Origin: Eledone cirrhosa | Taxonomy: Eukaryota | Direction of reading: 5' to 3' | DNA length: 64,000 nucleotides | Assembly (NCBI GenBank): GCA_964016885.1 | Contig: OZ024763.1 | Location: 124,001-188,000 of the forward strand | In this document: positions 17,861-31,794 of the stretch, in pieces | How positions within the stretch are numbered: the stretch's first letter is position 1 | How the letters are laid out: every line of letters starts with the position of its first letter | Notes under the pieces: model-generated | Database searches by the model: none | What the model was told of the DNA's origin: nothing | The model's input: the letters and a program-made list of their open reading frames with translations, nothing else | Position numbers and translations under genes: made by a program

Positions 17861-18197
17861 ATGGAAAAGCAGACGTTAAAATGATGATGATGATGATCGC
17901 ATTGATCCTGTATAGATTTTAACTTTGATCTATTTTCCCGTTCCTTTCAAACACAGCTTTGTTAACCACCCAAGTGGTTCCGTATCAAAGTTATTGACAG
18001 AATTTCAATTTAGTCATGCACAGTAGATTATTTCAATGGTGGAATAACTTGTTGCCTTTTAAGTTCTTCATTTTCGGTATTTGTCTAGTAGAAATTATTT
18101 CGTTAAATCAGATAATTTATTATATTTAATTTTTTTGTTATATTAGACGTAGTTCATTGTGGTTTTTGTTTTATTTTATTTTATTATTTTTTTGAAG

Positions 18198-18412
18198 GGC
18201 AGTGGATTGGCAGCATCGGTAGAGCGTCAGACAACAGGCTTTGTGGCATAGAGTTACATCCCTTTACGTTCTGTGTTCAAACCTTGTTGAGGTTAACTTT
18301 GCCTTTCATCCTCACAGGTTCGATAAAATAAAGTACCAGTTATGCACTGGGGTTGATTTAATCAACTTTATCATCCCCCAAAATTGCTGGCCTTGTGCCT
18401 AAGGTAGAAATC
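18198..18412 (+). mobile_element. tRNA-derived SINE (family S-B)
   Basis: tRNA-like head plus TTAACTTTGCCTTTCATCC..GATAAAATAAAGTACCAGT core, shared with at least 5 other loci in the window. Confidence 0.8.
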
Positions 18413-18425
18413 ATTATTTTTTTAA

Positions 18426-19056
18426 CCCTTTAGCATGTTAACCGGCCAGAATTCTCTCACCTCTTTCTGTTCAAACCGGCTGTAACTGGTCACTCATAAT
18501 TATGTTAACGTATTGTTCTTAAAATAAATAATATCAAAATCTCGTAGATTTGATATTATCTGAGATAAAACCTTTATCATGAAAATACAATAGTATATAT
18601 AGAGTAATGTAAATGTTATGTGAGATATTATGTGAGGTAAAGGCTTAACTGTGAAAATACAATAGTATATATAGAGTAATGTAAATGTTATGTGAGATAT
18701 TATGTGAGGTAGAGGCTTAACTGTGAAAATACAATAGTATATATAGAGTAATGTAAATGTTATGTGAGATATTATGTGAGGTAAAGCCTTTAGTGTGAAA
18801 ATACAATAGTATATATAGAGTAATGTAAATGTTATGTGAGATAATTATGTGAGGTAAAGCCTTTAGTGTGAAAATACAATAGTATATATAGAGTAATGTA
18901 AATGTTATGTGAGATATTATGTGAGGTAAAGCCTTTACTGTGAAAATACAATAGTATATATAGAGTAATGTAAATGTTATGTGAGATATTATGTGAGGTA
19001 AAGCCTTTACTGTGAAAATACAATAGTATATATAGAGTAATGTAAATGCTAAAGTG
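18426..19056 (+). mobile_element. piggyBac-like MITE (family M1) with ~7 internal ~72-bp units
   Basis: TTAA at 18422-18425 and 19057-19060. TIRs CCCTTTAGCAT / ATGCTAAAGTG. Confidence 0.85.
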
Positions 19057-19083
19057 TTAAACTTTTCATAAGAAAGTGTTGTA

Positions 19084-19270
19084 GTTTCTACTTTTGGCAC
19101 AAGGCCAGCAATTACTCTAGTGTATTACTGGTATTTTATTTTATCAACCCCGTAAGGATGAAAGGCAAAGTTGACCTTGGTGGGATTTAAACTCAGAGTA
19201 TAAAGGGCCATAACTCTATACGACAAAACATCATGTCGGATGCTCCACCGATTCTGCCAAACCAATGCCC

Positions 19271-19271
<1 letters not shown>
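19084..19271 (-). mobile_element. SINE family S-B
   Basis: Reverse complement of the S-B core and head. Confidence 0.8.
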
Positions 19272-19306
<35 letters not shown>

Positions 19307-19968
19307 TGAAGAAAACTTTAAAAAAATATAATTTAATATAAAAATATATAAAATAATAATAATAATAATAATAATCAGTGTCTGTAATATTGGTTTCATT
19401 TTCACCATTATAGATTATCAATAATTTCTATTGATTGTTATTTTCAGCAATATCGATTTTCAATGTTTCTCATATCAGTTTATAATCTCAGTCGTATTGA
19501 TTAGTTTTGTTGTTGTTTTGGTTTGTTTTTTTTGTCTGTTTTTTTTTTGGTTTTGTATTTTTTTTTTCATCTTCTCAACATAATTCCCATCATGTGCTGG
19601 GGATAGCTGTAATACACATACATACATACATATATATATATATACATACACATAGTGCACTCACATATACATATATACATACACACGTATATACACACAC
19701 ACAGTCAGATATATATATATACAGACACACACATATATATATATATACATACACAGAGTACACACACGTACATATACACACACAGTGCACCTCATATATA
19801 CACGCACACACACTCACACATACATACATATATATTGAACACCTGCACAACATACACACACTACACAGAGACAGTACACAACATACATACACTACACACA
19901 CCAAACACACATCTGGTTTACATTTATTATATAAACCTTTGTTCACTTGCTTCTCGTTTCACTCTTGG

Positions 19969-20003
<35 letters not shown>

Positions 20004-20010
20004 TAGATAT

Positions 20011-20600
20011 ATTTCTTTATTAGCCACAGGGGCACAAAAGAAGGGGACAAATACAAAGGGGGAAGTTTACATACAATAAAAACGTGTAAAATGTTATCAC
20101 AGATGGAATTTAAAAGTTAGTCGATTTTCCCCAATAGGGGGAGACAGTTCATATGGGTAACACATACCCCCGAAAAAAAATGTGCAACCCTCATCTCCAG
20201 GAGTACGAAGAGCTTGTACTCCTTTCCTCTCCTCCTCCTTTTCCTCAACCTACAGGCTGATATAGAGAGAAGGCCCATACACTGGGGCCATTCTCGCCAC
20301 TTCCACCCACCTTTCATAAAACTTGCTGGGGTACAGCACCTCTCTCTCCATCCTGATTCTTCTTCCAAAGTGGTATTTGAAAAAAAGAATCAGTTGTTGG
20401 CCGGAGAGAAAGGTGTCTGACCTCAGCCCTTTCAACCTTGTCCACCATAGCTATCACACAAAGGAAAACCGCCTCTCCTTCGTTTTTGAAGGAGGGTGGC
20501 GGTTTGATCATGACAATGGACTCGGTGGTCAACTGGATTGGTCCCACCCGCGACAATAGTCGTTCTACATAGCCCCGCAGGTCAGTGACGCCCGGGCAGT
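20011..20600 (-). mobile_element. 5'-truncated L1/Tx1-like LINE (ORF2 C-terminus plus 3' UTR)
   Basis: Translates HCPGVTDLRGYVERLL...FYERWVEVARM. Ends AATAAAGAAAT. Flanked by (GATA)n/(GACA)n. Confidence 0.7.
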
Positions 20601-20636
<36 letters not shown>

Positions 20637-20640
20637 TATA

Positions 20641-21273
20641 TATTTCTTTATTAGCCACAAGGGCGCACAAGAAAAGGGGACAAAACAAAGACACATGCCG
20701 GGGATTTTACATACAATCGTGTAAAAATATTGAAACAAACAAATTTAACAATCGAAATCCCCAATAGGGGGGAGGCGCCACAAATGGGTTGTTTAATACC
20801 CCGTCGATAGAACAACCCTCAACTTCAGGAGCGTGTTGTGCAAGTGCTCCTTTCTTCCTTTTGCCCTCTTCTTTAACCTACAGGTTTATATACAGAGAAG
20901 GCCCAATCACTCGGGCCATTTTTGCCACATTCACCCACCTTTCAGTAAATTTACTGGGGTGCAGTGCCTCTCTCTCCACTCTGATTCTCCTTCTAAAGTG
21001 ATATCTAAAGAAGGGAATGAGTTGTTGTCCGGAGAGAAAAGCATCTGTCCTCAGTCCTCTCAATCTTGTCCACCATATAACCTCTTTCACCATAGCCACT
21101 GTACAGAGGAAAGCCGCCTCTCTTTCGTTTTTGAAAGAAGTTGGCGGTTTGATCCTTACCATGGACTCGGCAGTCAACTGGATTTGTCCCATATGCGACA
21201 GCAGTTGTTCTGTGTAGCTCCACAGGTCGGTTACGCCCGGGCAGTGTACAATTGCGTGCAGGACGGGTTCAAT
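20641..21273 (-). mobile_element. 5'-truncated L1/Tx1-like LINE, second diverged copy in tandem
   Basis: Translates EPVLHAIVHCPGVTDLW...VIWWTRLRG...ERWVNVAKM, a zf-RVT-like H..C..W pattern. Confidence 0.7.
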
Positions 21274-21394
21274 ACATGTGCACACATATATGTATTTGTT
21301 TTTTATATACACATATACATATAATAAAAAAAAGCAGGGAAAAGTGGACGTAAAATGATGATGATGATGAATTTTTAAAATTAGAAAGAATATG

Positions 21395-21620
21395 ATCGGG
21401 GATATAAGCAGCCAAAATGGGGTTCCTCGGAAGGGTCTTTGGAGTAACGAAACTCGTTAAAGTGCATAGCTCGGAGATCAGAGAGTCACTCCAGGTAGAG
21501 CCACTAATTCTTCGAATTGAGAGATCGGAACTCTGATACTATGGGCATTTGGTTAGAATGTCTCAGGAAAGAATCACTGGAGTCACTCCAGGTGGAGCCA
21601 CTGATATAGAAACAATTATT
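21395..21620 (+). repeat. Unclassified interspersed repeat
   Basis: 21500-21580 is the reverse-complement homologue of ~1993-2080. Confidence 0.5.
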
Positions 21621-22130
21621 CTGTCCAGAAATCGGCTGTGTTTAGAGAACTCGCTCAAGAGAGGAGATGGGTTCCACTCCTGGTTTTAAATGGTCCTGAA
21701 ATATGGTGTATGTCACTACATCAGTGCCATCTATGACTCTATCAGAAGTTAAGAGTGCATGAATTGTGGATAGACAAAGAAAACAATACGATAAAATACT
21801 ATAAAAAATAATATTATATATAATAAAATAAAAATTCTATAAAAATACAATAAAAATATTATAAAAAATACAATATAATGCAATAAAAATATATAAAATA
21901 AAATAAAAATTCTATAAAAATTAAATAAAATACAATAAAAATTATATAAAAAATACGATAAAATAGAAAAAAAATATATAAATTAAAATTAAGATTATAC
22001 GAAAAATCAAATAAAATACACACACACACATATACAATAATAATGATAATAATAATGAAATAATATAAAAAAGAATAATAATAATGAAATATGAAATACA
22101 ATAATAATATAAAATACAATAATAAAAATA

Positions 22131-22324
22131 ATTGTTTCTACTTTTGGCACAAGGCCAGCAATTACCCCCAGTGCATTACTGGTACTTTATTTTATCGACC
22201 CCGTAAGGATGAAAGGCAAAGTTAACCTCGGCGGGATTTGAACTCAGAATGGCAAGGGCCGTAACTCTATGCGTCAAAGCATGGCGTCCGACCCTCTACC
22301 GATACTGCCAATCCACCGCCCTCC
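22131..22324 (-). mobile_element. SINE family S-B, near full length
   Basis: S-B core plus tRNA head with GAGTTCAAATCC B-box on the minus strand. Confidence 0.85.
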
Positions 22325-22885
22325 AATAAAAGTACAATAAAAAACAATATAGAATAAAATATAAAAACTGGAGTAAAAAAAAAGGATAAAATCTTTAGTG
22401 GTTGTTTTTGTGTGGTTTTGTTGTATAGAGGGAGGGGGAGGGGTGCCATTGTTTTGTGGTGAACTCTTTTGTGTTGAAGTCAATATAGTTTTTTAAACTC
22501 ATATCTTATTTCCTTGTGTGTGAGTGTATATATTTATATATGTATATATATATATGTGTGTGTGTGTTTGTGTTTGTGTGTGTGTATATATATATATGTG
22601 TGTGTGTATATGTATATGTATATATATGTGTGTGTGTGTATATGTATATATATATGTGTGTGTGTATGTATATATATATGTGTGTGTGTATATATATATA
22701 TGTGTGTGTGTGTATATGTATATATATATCTGTGTGTGTGTGTATATATATATATATATGTGTGTGTATATATATAATGTGTGTATGATCATCATCATCA
22801 TCATTTTACGTCCGCTTTTCTCTGCTGTTCCGCTTTTCCCTGCACACACATGTATATACACACATACACATATATATACACACAT

Positions 22886-22950
<65 letters not shown>

Positions 22951-23153
22951 CACACACACACGCACACACATATATATATATGGGGGGGGGGGGAATTGAT
23001 GACTTTTGTTACAGAAATGACTTGAGTGACACTTGTGTCTCTGTCTGTGTGTGTGTGTGTGTTTCTGTGTGTGTATGTATGCGTGTGTGTATATATATAT
23101 ATATGTATATATCATCATTGTAGTTATTATTTCCACTGTCCCACACACACCTA

Positions 23154-23205
<52 letters not shown>

Positions 23206-23282
23206 ATACATATGTGTGTCTTGGTGTACCTATGCATGTGTGCATTTGAGAATATATATATATATATATTACACACACACAA

Positions 23283-23318
<36 letters not shown>

Positions 23319-23375
23319 TACACACATACACACACACACGCACATATATATATATATTACACACACACATATATA

Positions 23376-23415
<40 letters not shown>

Positions 23416-23539
23416 CACACACACACATATATATATATATATTATATATTACACACACACACACATATATATATATATATCACACACACACACATACACA
23501 CATATATATATATTACACACACACACATATATATATATT

Positions 23540-23571
<32 letters not shown>

Positions 23572-23776
23572 TACACACGCACACACACATATATATATAT
23601 ATTACACACACACATACACACATACATATATATATATAACCAAAGTTTATATGGTTCGTTGATTATTCAACGAATACAATTTTACAATAGATTAGAAGCA
23701 CTCGACAGATATTTTTCTGGAGTATTTAATATTATTCAAAATATTAATAAATAAAAAATATTCTCATAACCAAAAT

Positions 23777-23845
23777 ATATATTTTATTATACATATTTCA
23801 AAGGTACAATGGTGTTTAAGTACGTTTTCATCAGATAAAATATAT
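23777..23845 (-). ncRNA. Type I hammerhead ribozyme in PLE pLTR
   Basis: Reads AUAUAUUUUAU-CUGAUGA-AAACGUAC..GUACCUUU-GAAA-UAUGUAUA-AUAAAAUAUAU, with an 11-bp stem I. Confidence 0.75.
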
Positions 23846-25114
23846 GAGAGATTGGATATGGGACATACTGCTACAGTTTTGATTATTCAATTCCAATAGT
23901 GATAGTGAGTTATTTCACCAACCTTCAACGTTTTTATACCACAAATAATATGATAAACTTAGAGAAGAAGAGGACGTAGAGCAAGGTAGAAATATAGAAG
24001 GGGGGTTGAGAGGGAAGATGAGAAAAAAAAGAAGGGAAATAAATAAATAAAAGAAGGAAAAAAAAGAGAAGATGCAGAGAGAGAAGGGGAATAAAAAACA
24101 GAAGAAAAGGGAAGATGCGGAGAAAGAAAAAGAAAAAAGAAGGGAAATAAAGAAAAATGAAGAAAAAGAGAAAAGGAAAGGATAAAATAGAGGGGAGAAT
24201 AAAAAAACCTTTGTATTCAAATGCTAGACAAAATTCAAAATTAAACATTTTCCCTAATATTTATCAGTAAATACCGCTTGTATTGTATTACGCTTTAGTT
24301 AATTATAAGTTTATATTATATCCAGATTATTAGGCATAGATTACTTTCTAATGCAATCAAATATTTAAGTTAATTACAAATTTATATGCTTAAATTAATT
24401 TAATTTAATTTAGCTCATTCTAGATTATGACAATGTTTTATTATAAGGTAAGATATTCTATTAACATTATACTACAACTTTAAAACAATTTATCTGTAAT
24501 GCCTAATTAAATAACTATTAAATATGTATTAAAATATGTTAAGATGAATATATCCCCATCAATATATATAATATATTTTGTTCATTTATTATCTAAATTA
24601 ATTTCAAATTCATTTTATGTGAAACTTTGTTATTTTTTAATTTTCATGTATTTTATTAGAATCTAACTGGTTATATTTACTCTCTATAAACTTTATTTCA
24701 CTTAATGAATGATTATATTTACTTCTATATTTAATTATTCTAATATATAAAGTTTACTTTTAATGATAGTCTATGTATTATTAAACTATTAATTATTATT
24801 TATTAATCCATATTTTATATTTTATATATGTTTTTTCCAAGCTAATAAATTTTTTTTTCGGATAATGTAAACAAAAGGAAGATAACTCTTTTACAATGTA
24901 AAAGCATTTTTTAACTTAGAGGGAATCACTTCTCTCACGTCCAGTGATATTTTAAGAACCTTAAACCATCTATTGTATATATCTTAGTTGATGTCTAATT
25001 AAATATTGAGCTATCCTAATCAAATCATAGGATAAAAAAACTCTCAATGAGGTTATTCTATTACATATAAATATCTATAAATTATTACTTCAATTAGGCA
25101 AAATTTAAAAGTTG

Positions 25115-25734
25115 TTACTTGTCCTTATTTTTTTGGAACTGGTACATTGCCTGGAAAGTTTTACCAATTTTATGACGACAACTACTAAATAATTCATTCT
25201 TTTTGTTGATTAAATTGTCATAGTTTATGATTATGTGAAGTATCTCCTCATTGCAAAGATGGCAACATTCTGAGATTGCTGAGTTCTGGTAAGGGGTAGC
25301 ATACTGTAATTTCCTCCAAGAGATGGAGTATTTAAAGTTATTGTCCTTTAAAGACCATACTAATTGTGAAAGTGAAGTTGAACATTTTTTATCCGGTCTA
25401 TTAAAAGTATGCCTGTGATACCAACGTTCCTTAAATTTAGACGAAGTGGCACCTATGTAATTATATATATTATCATTTGCCTTAATGGTACATTTATATA
25501 CAAGATTTTTATCAAAGCAATTATTTTGTAAAGGGCATTCAGACCTATTTCTACAATTACATTTATTCTCATTGTTATTTACAGGTATTATACTATTATT
25601 CATGTTTAGACTATTATTATTGTTATTCCTATTAATTAATATATTATTATTATTATTATTATTGCTTAGTAGAGGTTGGTTTGATTTTAGATTCTTATTA
25701 TTTATTTTTGCTCTATTTTGAGCAATATTCATAA
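25115..25734 (-). pseudogene. PLE ORF C-terminus: Cys-rich linker plus GIY-YIG endonuclease, RT portion lost
   Basis: Translates KCNCRNRSECPLQNNC..LVYKC..NYIGATSSKFKERWYHRHTF..TSLSQLVWSLK..ISW..CHLCNEE. This includes the VY/YIG motifs, R, H and E catalytic-type residues. Confidence 0.85.
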
Positions 25735-25931
25735 TTATTTCCCTTCTTTTTTTTCTCATCTTCCCTCTCAACCCCCCTTCTATATTTCTACCTTGCTCTA
25801 CGTCCTCTTCTTCTCTAAGTTTATCATATTATTTGTGGTATAAAAACGTTGAAGGTTGGTGAAATAAATCACTATCACTACTGGAATTGAATAATCAAAA
25901 CCGTAGCAGTATATCCCATATCCAATCTGTC

Positions 25932-26000
25932 ATATATTTTATCTGATGAAAACGTACTTAAACACCATTGTACCTTTGAAATATGTATAATAAAATATAT
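25932..26000 (+). ncRNA. Type I hammerhead ribozyme in the inverted pLTR copy
   Basis: CTGATGA at 25943 and GAAA at 25978. Mirror of 23777-23845. Confidence 0.75.
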
Positions 26001-26154
26001 ATTTTGGTTATGAGAATATTTTTCATTTATTAATATTTTAAATAATATTATATAGTTTCACCAAGAACAAGAAAGTAAGTTATGAGCCAGGAATTCTTAT
26101 ATATGAAGCTTATAACAAACATCATTTCTGATCTAATCTCTTCTTCTATTTCAG

Positions 26155-27335
26155 CACAGTCTATCTATATATTACACAGCCTATCTATATATTACACAGT
26201 CTATCTATATATTATACAGTCTATCTATATATTAAACAGTCTATCTATATATTACACAGTCTATCTATATATTACACAGCCTATCTATATATTACACAGT
26301 CTATCTGTATATTACACAGTCTATCTATATATTATACAGTCTATCTATATATTATACAGTCTATCTATATATTACATAGTCTATCTATACAGTCTATCTA
26401 TATATTATACAGTCTATCTATATATTATACAGTCTATCTATATATTACACAGTCCATCTATATATTATACAGTCTATCTATATATTACACAGTCTATCTA
26501 TATATTATACAGTCTATCTATATATTATACAGTCTATCTATATATTACACAGCTTATCTATATATTACACAGTCTATCTATATATTACACAGTCTATCTA
26601 TATATTACACAGTCTATCTATATATTACATAGTCTATCTATATATTATACAGTCTATCTATATATTATACAGTCTATCTATATATTACACAGTATATCTA
26701 TATATTACACAGCCTATCTATATATTACACAGTCTATCTATATATTATACAGTCTATCTATATATTATACAGTCTATCTATATATTACACAGTCTATCTA
26801 TATATTATACAGTCTATCTATATATTATACAGTCTATCTATATATTATACAGTCTATCTATATATTATACAGTCTATCTATATATTATACAGTCTATCTA
26901 TATATTATACAGTCTATCTATATATTATACAGTCTATCTATATATTATACAGTCTATCTATATATTATACAGTCTATCTATATATTACACAGTCTATCTA
27001 TATATTACACAGTATATCTATATATTACACAGTCTATCTATATATTACACAGCCTATCTATATATTACACAGCCTATCTATATATTACACAGTCTATCTA
27101 TATATTACACAGTCTATCTATATATTACACAGTCTATCTATATATTACACAGCCTATCTATATATTACACAGCCTATCTATATATTACACATTTAAATTG
27201 CATTTGCGATAACATTTTACACGTTTTTATTGTATGTAAACTTCCCTCTTTGTATTTGTCCCCTTCTTCTGTGCCCCTGTGGCTAATAAAGAAACATATC
27301 TATATATTACACGGTCTATCTATATATTACACAGT
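26155..27335 (+). repeat. 20-bp minisatellite (AGTCTATCTATATATTAYAC)n
   Basis: About 50 tandem units. The 376-aa ORF 26082-27212 is its translation. Confidence 0.92.
27210..27295 (+). mobile_element. Short 3' tail of the L1/Tx1-like family inside the 20-bp satellite
   Basis: Reverse-complement match to 20011-20095, ending GCTAATAAAGAAAC. Confidence 0.7.
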
Positions 27336-27698
27336 GAAGAAACCAGTCTAATGTACTTGTTGCACACTTTACTAGACAGTGCATCAACAAGTGCAGTGTC
27401 AACTGCTCTCTCTCAGTACAGTTACTACACTGCACCAGTTAGTACATTGTTCAATAAGAAAGCCTAGTACCAATTATTGTGTTTTATGGAAGGGTCTTTG
27501 ATTGGAGTTTGGAGATATATATATATTATTACTGTCGTTTTCCCTATCTATCTATCTATGTATATATATGATTGTATGTATGTATGTATAAGCATGAATG
27601 TGTCTGTATGCGTGTTTATATATGTATATATATATATATATGTATATATGTATATATATATATGTATATATGTATATATATATTTATATATATATATG

Positions 27699-27729
<31 letters not shown>

Positions 27730-27866
27730 GTATGTGTATATATATATATGTATATGTATGTGTATATGTATATATATATATATATGTATGTGTATATATA
27801 TGTATATATGTATATATGTATATATGTGTATATGTATATATGTATATATATATATATGTATATATG

Positions 27867-27901
<35 letters not shown>

Positions 27902-28058
27902 ATATATATATATGTATATATGTATATATATATATATGTATATATGTATATATATATATATATGTATATATGTATATATATATATATGTATATATGTATA
28001 TATATATATATATATGTATGTGTATATATATATGTATATGTATATGTATATACATATA

Positions 28059-28096
<38 letters not shown>

Positions 28097-28097
28097 A

Positions 28098-28149
<52 letters not shown>

Positions 28150-28230
28150 TTACATACAAATATATACATACACATACGTGTGTGTGTGTATATACATGAT
28201 GGTATATATGTCTGTCTGTATGTATATATG

Positions 28231-28268
<38 letters not shown>

Positions 28269-28648
28269 TATATATGTATATATATGTATGTATGTATGTA
28301 TGTATATATAAATAAATATATATATATATATGATTGAGGCAATGAAAGAGAGGAAGTAGGATACAGATTAACTAATATATACACACACACGTGTGTGTGT
28401 GTGTATATATATATATGTGTGTGTATATATATATATATATGTGTGTATGTATGTATATATATGTGTGTATGTGTGTATGTATGTATATATATGTGTGTAT
28501 GTATGTATGTATGTATATATAATATATATGTGTGTGTATGTAAGTATATATATATATGTGTGTGTATGTATGTATAGATATATATATATGTGTGTATGTA
28601 TGTATATATGTGTGTGCATGTATGTATCTATATATATATATGGGTATG

Positions 28649-28683
<35 letters not shown>

Positions 28684-28858
28684 ATGTATGTATGTATGTA
28701 TATATATATATATGTGTGTGTGTATATATATATGTGTGTGTATGTATATATATATATATATATATGTGTGTGTATATATATATATATATGTGTGTATGTA
28801 TATATATATATGTGTGTATGTATATATATATATATGTGTGTGTATGTATATATATATA

Positions 28859-28905
<47 letters not shown>

Positions 28906-29252
28906 AAGGAACAGTCAGATAGAAGAAGGATGAAACACAATGGGTGAAGTAATATATTTGTGTGTGTGTGAGAGCAGGAATGGTGGTGGTGTGGTGGTGG
29001 TGTGGTGTGGTGTGGTGTGGTGTGGTGTGGTGTGGTGTGGTGTGGTGTGGTGTGGTGTGGTGCGGGGGGTTGGTGGTGGACATGTGATGAAACCAAACTA
29101 ACATGGCTGACAACGTTCAGCAAATTTCACTGAGTAAAAGTCATCTTTTATTCATAAGTACTGTGTTATTATATCTTGTGAGACAGCGCAGACAACATTC
29201 TAATATTCCGATATTCCAGCATTCTGACATTTTAATATTCTGCTATTCTGGG

Positions 29253-30260
29253 GGTTAACTTTGCCTTTTCATCCTTACGGAGGTCGATAAAATAAAGTAC
29301 CAGTAATACACTGGGCTAATTGCTGGCCTTGTGCCAAAAGTAGAAGCAATTATAGTTTTAATGTCATTTTACCAAGGTTAACTTTGCCTTTCATCCTTAC
29401 AGGGTTGATAAAAGAAAGTACCAGTAATGCACTGGGGTAATTGCTGGCCGTGTGCCAAAATTAGAAACAATTATTACATCATACGGAGCAGGGGATTGGC
29501 AGTATCGGAAGAGGGTCAGATGCCATGCTTGGCAGCATAGAGTTACGGCCCTTTACGGTATGAGTTCAAATCCCGAGAAGTTAATTTTGCTTTTCATCCT
29601 TACGGGGGTCGATAAAAGAAAGTACCAGTAATACACTGGGGTAATTGCTGGCCGTGTGCCAAAATTAGAAACAATTATTACATTATACGGAGCAGGGGAT
29701 TGGCAGTATCGGAAGAGGGTCAGATGCCATGCTTGGCAGCATAGAGTTACGGCCCTTTACGGTATGAGTTCAAATCCCGAGAAGTTAATTTTGCTTTTCA
29801 TCCTTACGGGGGTCGATAAAAGAAAGTACCAGTAATACACTGGGGTAATTGCTGGCCGTGTGCCAAAATTAGAAACAATTATTACATTATACGGAGCAGG
29901 GGATTGGCAGTATCGGAAGAGGGTCAGATGCCATGCTTGGCAGCATAGAGTTACGGCCCTTTACGGTATGAGTTCAAATCCCGAGAAGTTAATTTTGCCT
30001 TTCATCCTTATGGGGTTGATAAAATAAAGTACCAGTAATGTACTGGGGTAATTTCTGGCCTTGTGCCAAAAGTAGAAGCAGTTATATCATTATAACATTC
30101 TAATATTCCAATATTATAATAAAATTAATCCTGCTGAGGTTAACTTTGCCTTTCTTACGGGGTCGATAAAATTATGTACCAGTAATGTACTGGGGTCGAT
30201 TTATTCGACTTTCTTCTTCTCCAAAAACTGTTGGCCTTGTGCCTAAGGTAGAAACAATTA
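29253..30260 (+). mobile_element. Tandem array of SINE S-B (204-bp period) plus partial copies
   Basis: Heads at 29485, 29689 and 29893 are nearly identical. Confidence 0.88.
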
Positions 30261-30635
30261 TCACATTCTAATATCCCGAGATTCTGACATTATAACATTC
30301 CGATAATCTGACATTCTAATATTCCGACAATCCGACATTGTAATATTACGACATTCTGACATTGTAATATTCTATTGTACCAGATTGTATAAGTAAATAG
30401 ATTAACAGGAAGAACTGACACAGCTGTATTACTGAGGACTTTTAAGATATATATACTTGTATATCTATTTATCTGTCTCTCTGTATATCTATCTGTCTCT
30501 CTCTCTGTATATCTATCTATCTGTCTCTCTCTATATCTATCTGTCTCTCTGTATATCTATCTGTCTCTATGTATATCTATTTGTCTCTCTGTATATCTAT
30601 CTGTCTCTCTCTCTGTATATCTATCTATCTGTCTA

Positions 30636-31265
30636 CTGCTCGGGCATTGCCGATCTGTGGGGCTATGTCGAACAACTGCTGTCAAGGGTGGGACCGATCC
30701 GGTTGACCACCGAGTCTATTGTAACGATCAAGCCGCCTCCCCTCTTCAAAAACGAAGAAGAGGCGGTGTTTCTGTGCGTAATAGCCATGGCGAAAGAGGT
30801 TGTATGGTGGACGCGTCTGAAAGGACTGAGGTCAGACACCTTTCTCTCTGGCCAACAACTGGTCCGTTTCTTCCGATATCATTTCGGAAGAAGGATCAGA
30901 ATGGAGAGAGAGGTGCTGCACCCCAGCTGTTTTTATGAAAGATGGGTGAAAGTGGCGAGAATGGCCCGTGTGAATGGGCCTTCACTCTACATCAGACTAT
31001 AGGTGAGGAAGATGAAAGACCAAGGGAGCACCCCTTCTCTGGGCTCCTGAGGAGAAGGGTTGCACACTTTTTTCGGGGGTGTGTGCGACCCCCCAAGGCG
31101 CCTCCTCTCTATTGAGGACTTTGTTATAAATTTTATTTCTTGTTATATTTTATTTTATTTTTATATATTGTTATTGCCTCCTCCTTATTGAGGACGCCTT
31201 GTTTTGTAAACTCCCCCCATTGTACTTGTCCCACTTTTGATGCCCTGGTGGCAAATAAAAGAAAC
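30636..31265 (+). mobile_element. 5'-truncated L1/Tx1-like LINE
   Basis: Translates CSGIADLWGYVEQLL...VVWWTRLKG...ERWVKVARM. Flanked by TATC-type repeats on both sides. Confidence 0.7.
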
Positions 31266-31794
31266 ATATCTATATATCTACCTACCTACCTACCTACTTA
31301 CCTCTCTATCTATCTAACTACGTATATATATATATATATATAGATAGATTTATACGTTTAAATTTGGTGGTTTATCACTGGGTAGAATTGGACATTCTGC
31401 AATGTTAATCATGACGTAATATGAGAAAAGCACTCAACGTTATGCAACTCATCCATCTTCAATGTTGAATCATGTTGGTGGTGCGGGAACGGAGTCAAAT
31501 GTATTATAAAGTGAAATTACAGGAAGCCAAAAATGTTGGATTTCCTTAATTATTTATTTCTGCAAACACTATACACATTTCAGTGGCCAGTTTGCGTAAG
31601 AACCTAGTTACTACATCTTCAGGTGTATATTGCATAATAGTTGTAAATTGAATAATAGATGTATACCAATGGAATGACGGTAAATGAAGGGACCTCATGA
31701 CCCTCTGTCCGGCAAGCTTTCTATGGCTGGATGCCCTTCCTATCACCAACCACTTATAAAATATTTATCAATAATGTTTGTCAATATAAGCTTA

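Larger units (their letters stand above)
23727..26050 (-). mobile_element. 5'-truncated Penelope-like element with inverted pseudo-LTR
   Basis: GIY-YIG ORF, long AT-rich 3' UTR, ~316-bp inverted repeats at 23727-24042 and 25735-26050, each carrying a hammerhead. Confidence 0.85.
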
